A stretch of 64,000 nt of DNA, taken from contig CBFFSA010000011.1 in NCBI GenBank assembly GCA_965644495.1, positions 62,001 through 126,000 on the forward strand. Direction: 5' to 3'. How positions within the stretch are numbered: the stretch's first letter is position 1; each line of letters begins with the position of its first letter. Shown here piece by piece: positions 61,532-64,000 of this stretch. A program made the translations under genes and the position numbers. The stretch is from Perkinsela sp. CCAP 1560/9. Lineage: Eukaryota > Protista > Euglenozoa: Kinetoplastea. Below the pieces are notes generated by a model. The model saw only the letters and a list, made by a program, of their open reading frames with translations. It did not search any database and had not been told where the DNA came from.

Positions 61532-64000
61532 TATCCTATCCTATCCTATAAGACCGATTTGCATCGGTTAAGAACACATCCGTTTTTGTCGTCGCTTCGA
61601 CGTCTTTCTCTCAGGTGAATTCGCCCTTTCATGCTCCTTGTCCGCTGAACCGGGCGTGGTACGTCTTTCATGCAACTTTGTATTTTTGGCATCACATTCC
61701 TCAGGCAAACACTCTTTCTTTTCAGGAGAATCCACTCCAGTCTCTACAGGTGGCGAGGTACCCTTTTTGGAGAGAGGATCACCTTCTGCAATCTTGAAGT
61801 AATCCCGTCTTTTCCCTAATGGCTTAGGTATTTGGCCACAGTGTTTCCGAGGACGATTCATGGTTTGAACGGTTTCTGAGCTAACCCTTTGAGCTTCTGA
61901 GGCACTTGTCGCAGTCTTTCTCCTCTTTATTTCTGAGGCTGGGACTATTTTTCTCGACCCTGCAAGCGCCAAGGTGTCTGCCTTCTCATTGTAAATGTTC
62001 CCGTTGTGGGATTTCACTTTGCACACGTAACACCTTTTATCCATCGATTGGAGCGTTCGAATTTCCCGATCCAATTTCTCAAGGATACCCCCATTCGATA
62101 GATTGTTATACCCAATGATTCGCCGTCGTAGACGAGTATGATGGAAGAAATTCCATACATAGAACGAATCGGTGTGTATGACAACTGTTTGAGCCTCATT
62201 AGGTATCCTTTCCAGCGCTTCCCTCAGCGATTCAACCTCAGCTCTCTCAGCTGAGCCAGCATCCAATGCTATGGAATAGTATTTTTCTTCTGTTCCACTC
62301 ATTCTCAGAACTATTCCCGCACCGGATCTTTGTTCCTTGGACCCCCGCAACTGCCGAACAGAGCCATCAATATACATATGAACCTCACCCTCACTCATGG
62401 GGAACGGATCCGAGCCTTCCTCCACAAATTGTAGCTCATAAGAGCTTTTGCTTTTGACCGCTTGAGTGTGTTTAGTTTTCCACCTTGGAGACCTTAATAC
62501 CTCATACATCGGAAGTGGTTCAAGTTTCTGCCTGAGCTCATCGCATAGCTTTTGCCAGTGTATCCGATCCTGCGAGTAAACAAGCGCCTGCTCCAGAGTG
62601 ACCCCTAGATCATTAAAACTTGCTTCGCTAGGAGAAATATTTCTTGTTTTTTCCGTGCTATTCCATTGAACGAGCTCGCGAAACGTAGAGGAGTGCCTGA
62701 GCATGTGGCCAACGATTTTCGCACGGGCAACACGATGCACGGTCGAAAATCGAGGCGTACCACAATACAAGGACTCTAATGGGTAGCAGTGTCCGAAATC
62801 GTCAAGCTTTGCTGAGTTACAAGCGAATCTCCTCATCATATTTACCTCAACCTCCGTTTTTCGAAGCATTTTGTTAGAAAGAGAAAGACAGGCTGCACCA
62901 AACGTTAAAATAGGGTAGATCAAGCAGTCAAACAGGCGTATTTTCGTGGCAGCACTCAGAGGAGAAGCCCAAATGCCACTGAGTTTACGAAATGCTGCCC
63001 ATGTGAGCCTTAGCCTGTCCTTGATGGGGGATGATGCTGTAGCATCTTGAAGATGACCAAGATGCCGGTAGGAATCCACAAGAGGAATCTTGCCAAGCGA
63101 TCCTGCTCGAAGTTCTCGCGTCCCCCCCGGAACTTTCCCAAAGGCCATCCACGCAGTCTTGGTTTTCCCCACGGCAATCCTCAGATTAGCTGGTTTTGCC
63201 TCATTTGCCGTAGCTTCGATCATTTGCGATATTTCATGTTTCGTGGAAGCTAAAAGTGCTATGTCGTCTGCGTAGTCGATGTCCTTTAGTCTAAATTCTT
63301 GAATTCCCCTGCTTTTCGTCCCGCTGCTCCTTAGAAGAATCCCGAGCGGCTTGTTATCGAGTGCTTTGTTGAGAATCCTATCGATTACAAGCACAAAGAG
63401 ATAAGGAGCAAGCACGTCCCCTTGAAGAATTCCTGTTTTAATGGGAAAAGAATCCGTATTTCCGTATGGTGTGCGGACTATTCCTTTTAAATTCGAGTAC
63501 AAGGACATTACCATCCTAGTAAGCGCGGGTCCGACATGAAAGGCATTCAATGCAGCACGGATCGCATGAAACGATACCGAGGGGAATGCTTTTGCGAAGT
63601 CCATGAATGCCACTGCAATGCCTTTTTTGCCCCTGGTCGCACGAACTCTTGCATCATTCAAAATGATTTGCGCCCCTGCCGTGGACCTTTCTGGCCGAAA
63701 ACCAAATTGACTGTCGCGAAGGAGCGGCTCGATGGATGGTCTGATTCTTTTCAGGATCATTGCATTCATCAATTTAACCGCACTGTTCACGAGACAGATT
63801 GGCCGCCAATTCGCTATTTGTGTCAGGTCGCCTTTTTTTGGAATAGGCACCTGAAGGACAATTTTCCAGGACGCAGGCGAAACCCCTGTTCGATGAACCT
63901 CGTTTACAATATGTAATAAGGATTTTCTCAGCTCAGCATGTTCTGTGATCATTCTGAGTGCCTCCGCCGGAATTTGGTCTATTCCAGGTGCCTTGTTGCG
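61530..64000 (-). mobile_element. RTE-like non-LTR retrotransposon, intact RT-RNase H ORF (61568->64000) with 3' hairpin and (TAGGA)n tail
   Basis: KAPGID.IPAE, PKKGDL, NWRPICL, DFAKAF, GILQGDVLAP, DYADD; RNase H YIDGS, RAE, TDS, KVKSHNG..NEKAD; frame open to the window edge. Confidence 0.95.

Overview
Eukaryotic nuclear DNA from a kinetoplastid. All host genes are intronless and on the + strand with short spacers, consistent with polycistronic transcription. The topoisomerase IB is the split large subunit, a TUTase-family gene and a PSP1-domain gene are present, and spliced-leader (SL) core sequences occur. The compact genes and repeated short LRR paralogues suggest a basal, Perkinsela-like lineage (inference). 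Housekeeping genes occupy 1-25 kb and 47-58 kb: prefoldin 2, PrimPol-like, DBP2, DBP9, TUTase, SAP18-like, a dual-specificity phosphatase, DNAJC11-like, APC1, COQ7, 4 LRR genes, SAM-PSP1 and TOP1B-L. Two transposon islands (about 25-47 kb and 58-64 kb, plus a MITE cluster at 49-50.6 kb) are unusually diverse for this group. They contain TATE/VIPER-type tyrosine recombinase and RT/RNase H ORFs, RTE-like LINEs with RNase H, CRE/SLACS fragments, a (TA)n-targeting DD35E IS630/Tc1 family, a Merlin/IS1595 transposase, nested MITEs and a 26-bp minisatellite. The most interesting signals are: (1) SL relics fixed in DNA at the 5' ends of non-host elements; (2) a tRNA-headed, highly structured SINE-like element; (3) a duplicated structured-RNA-like motif; (4) repeated C-rich to G-rich skew inversions inside coding genes. 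All calls are from manual motif reading; no searches were run.
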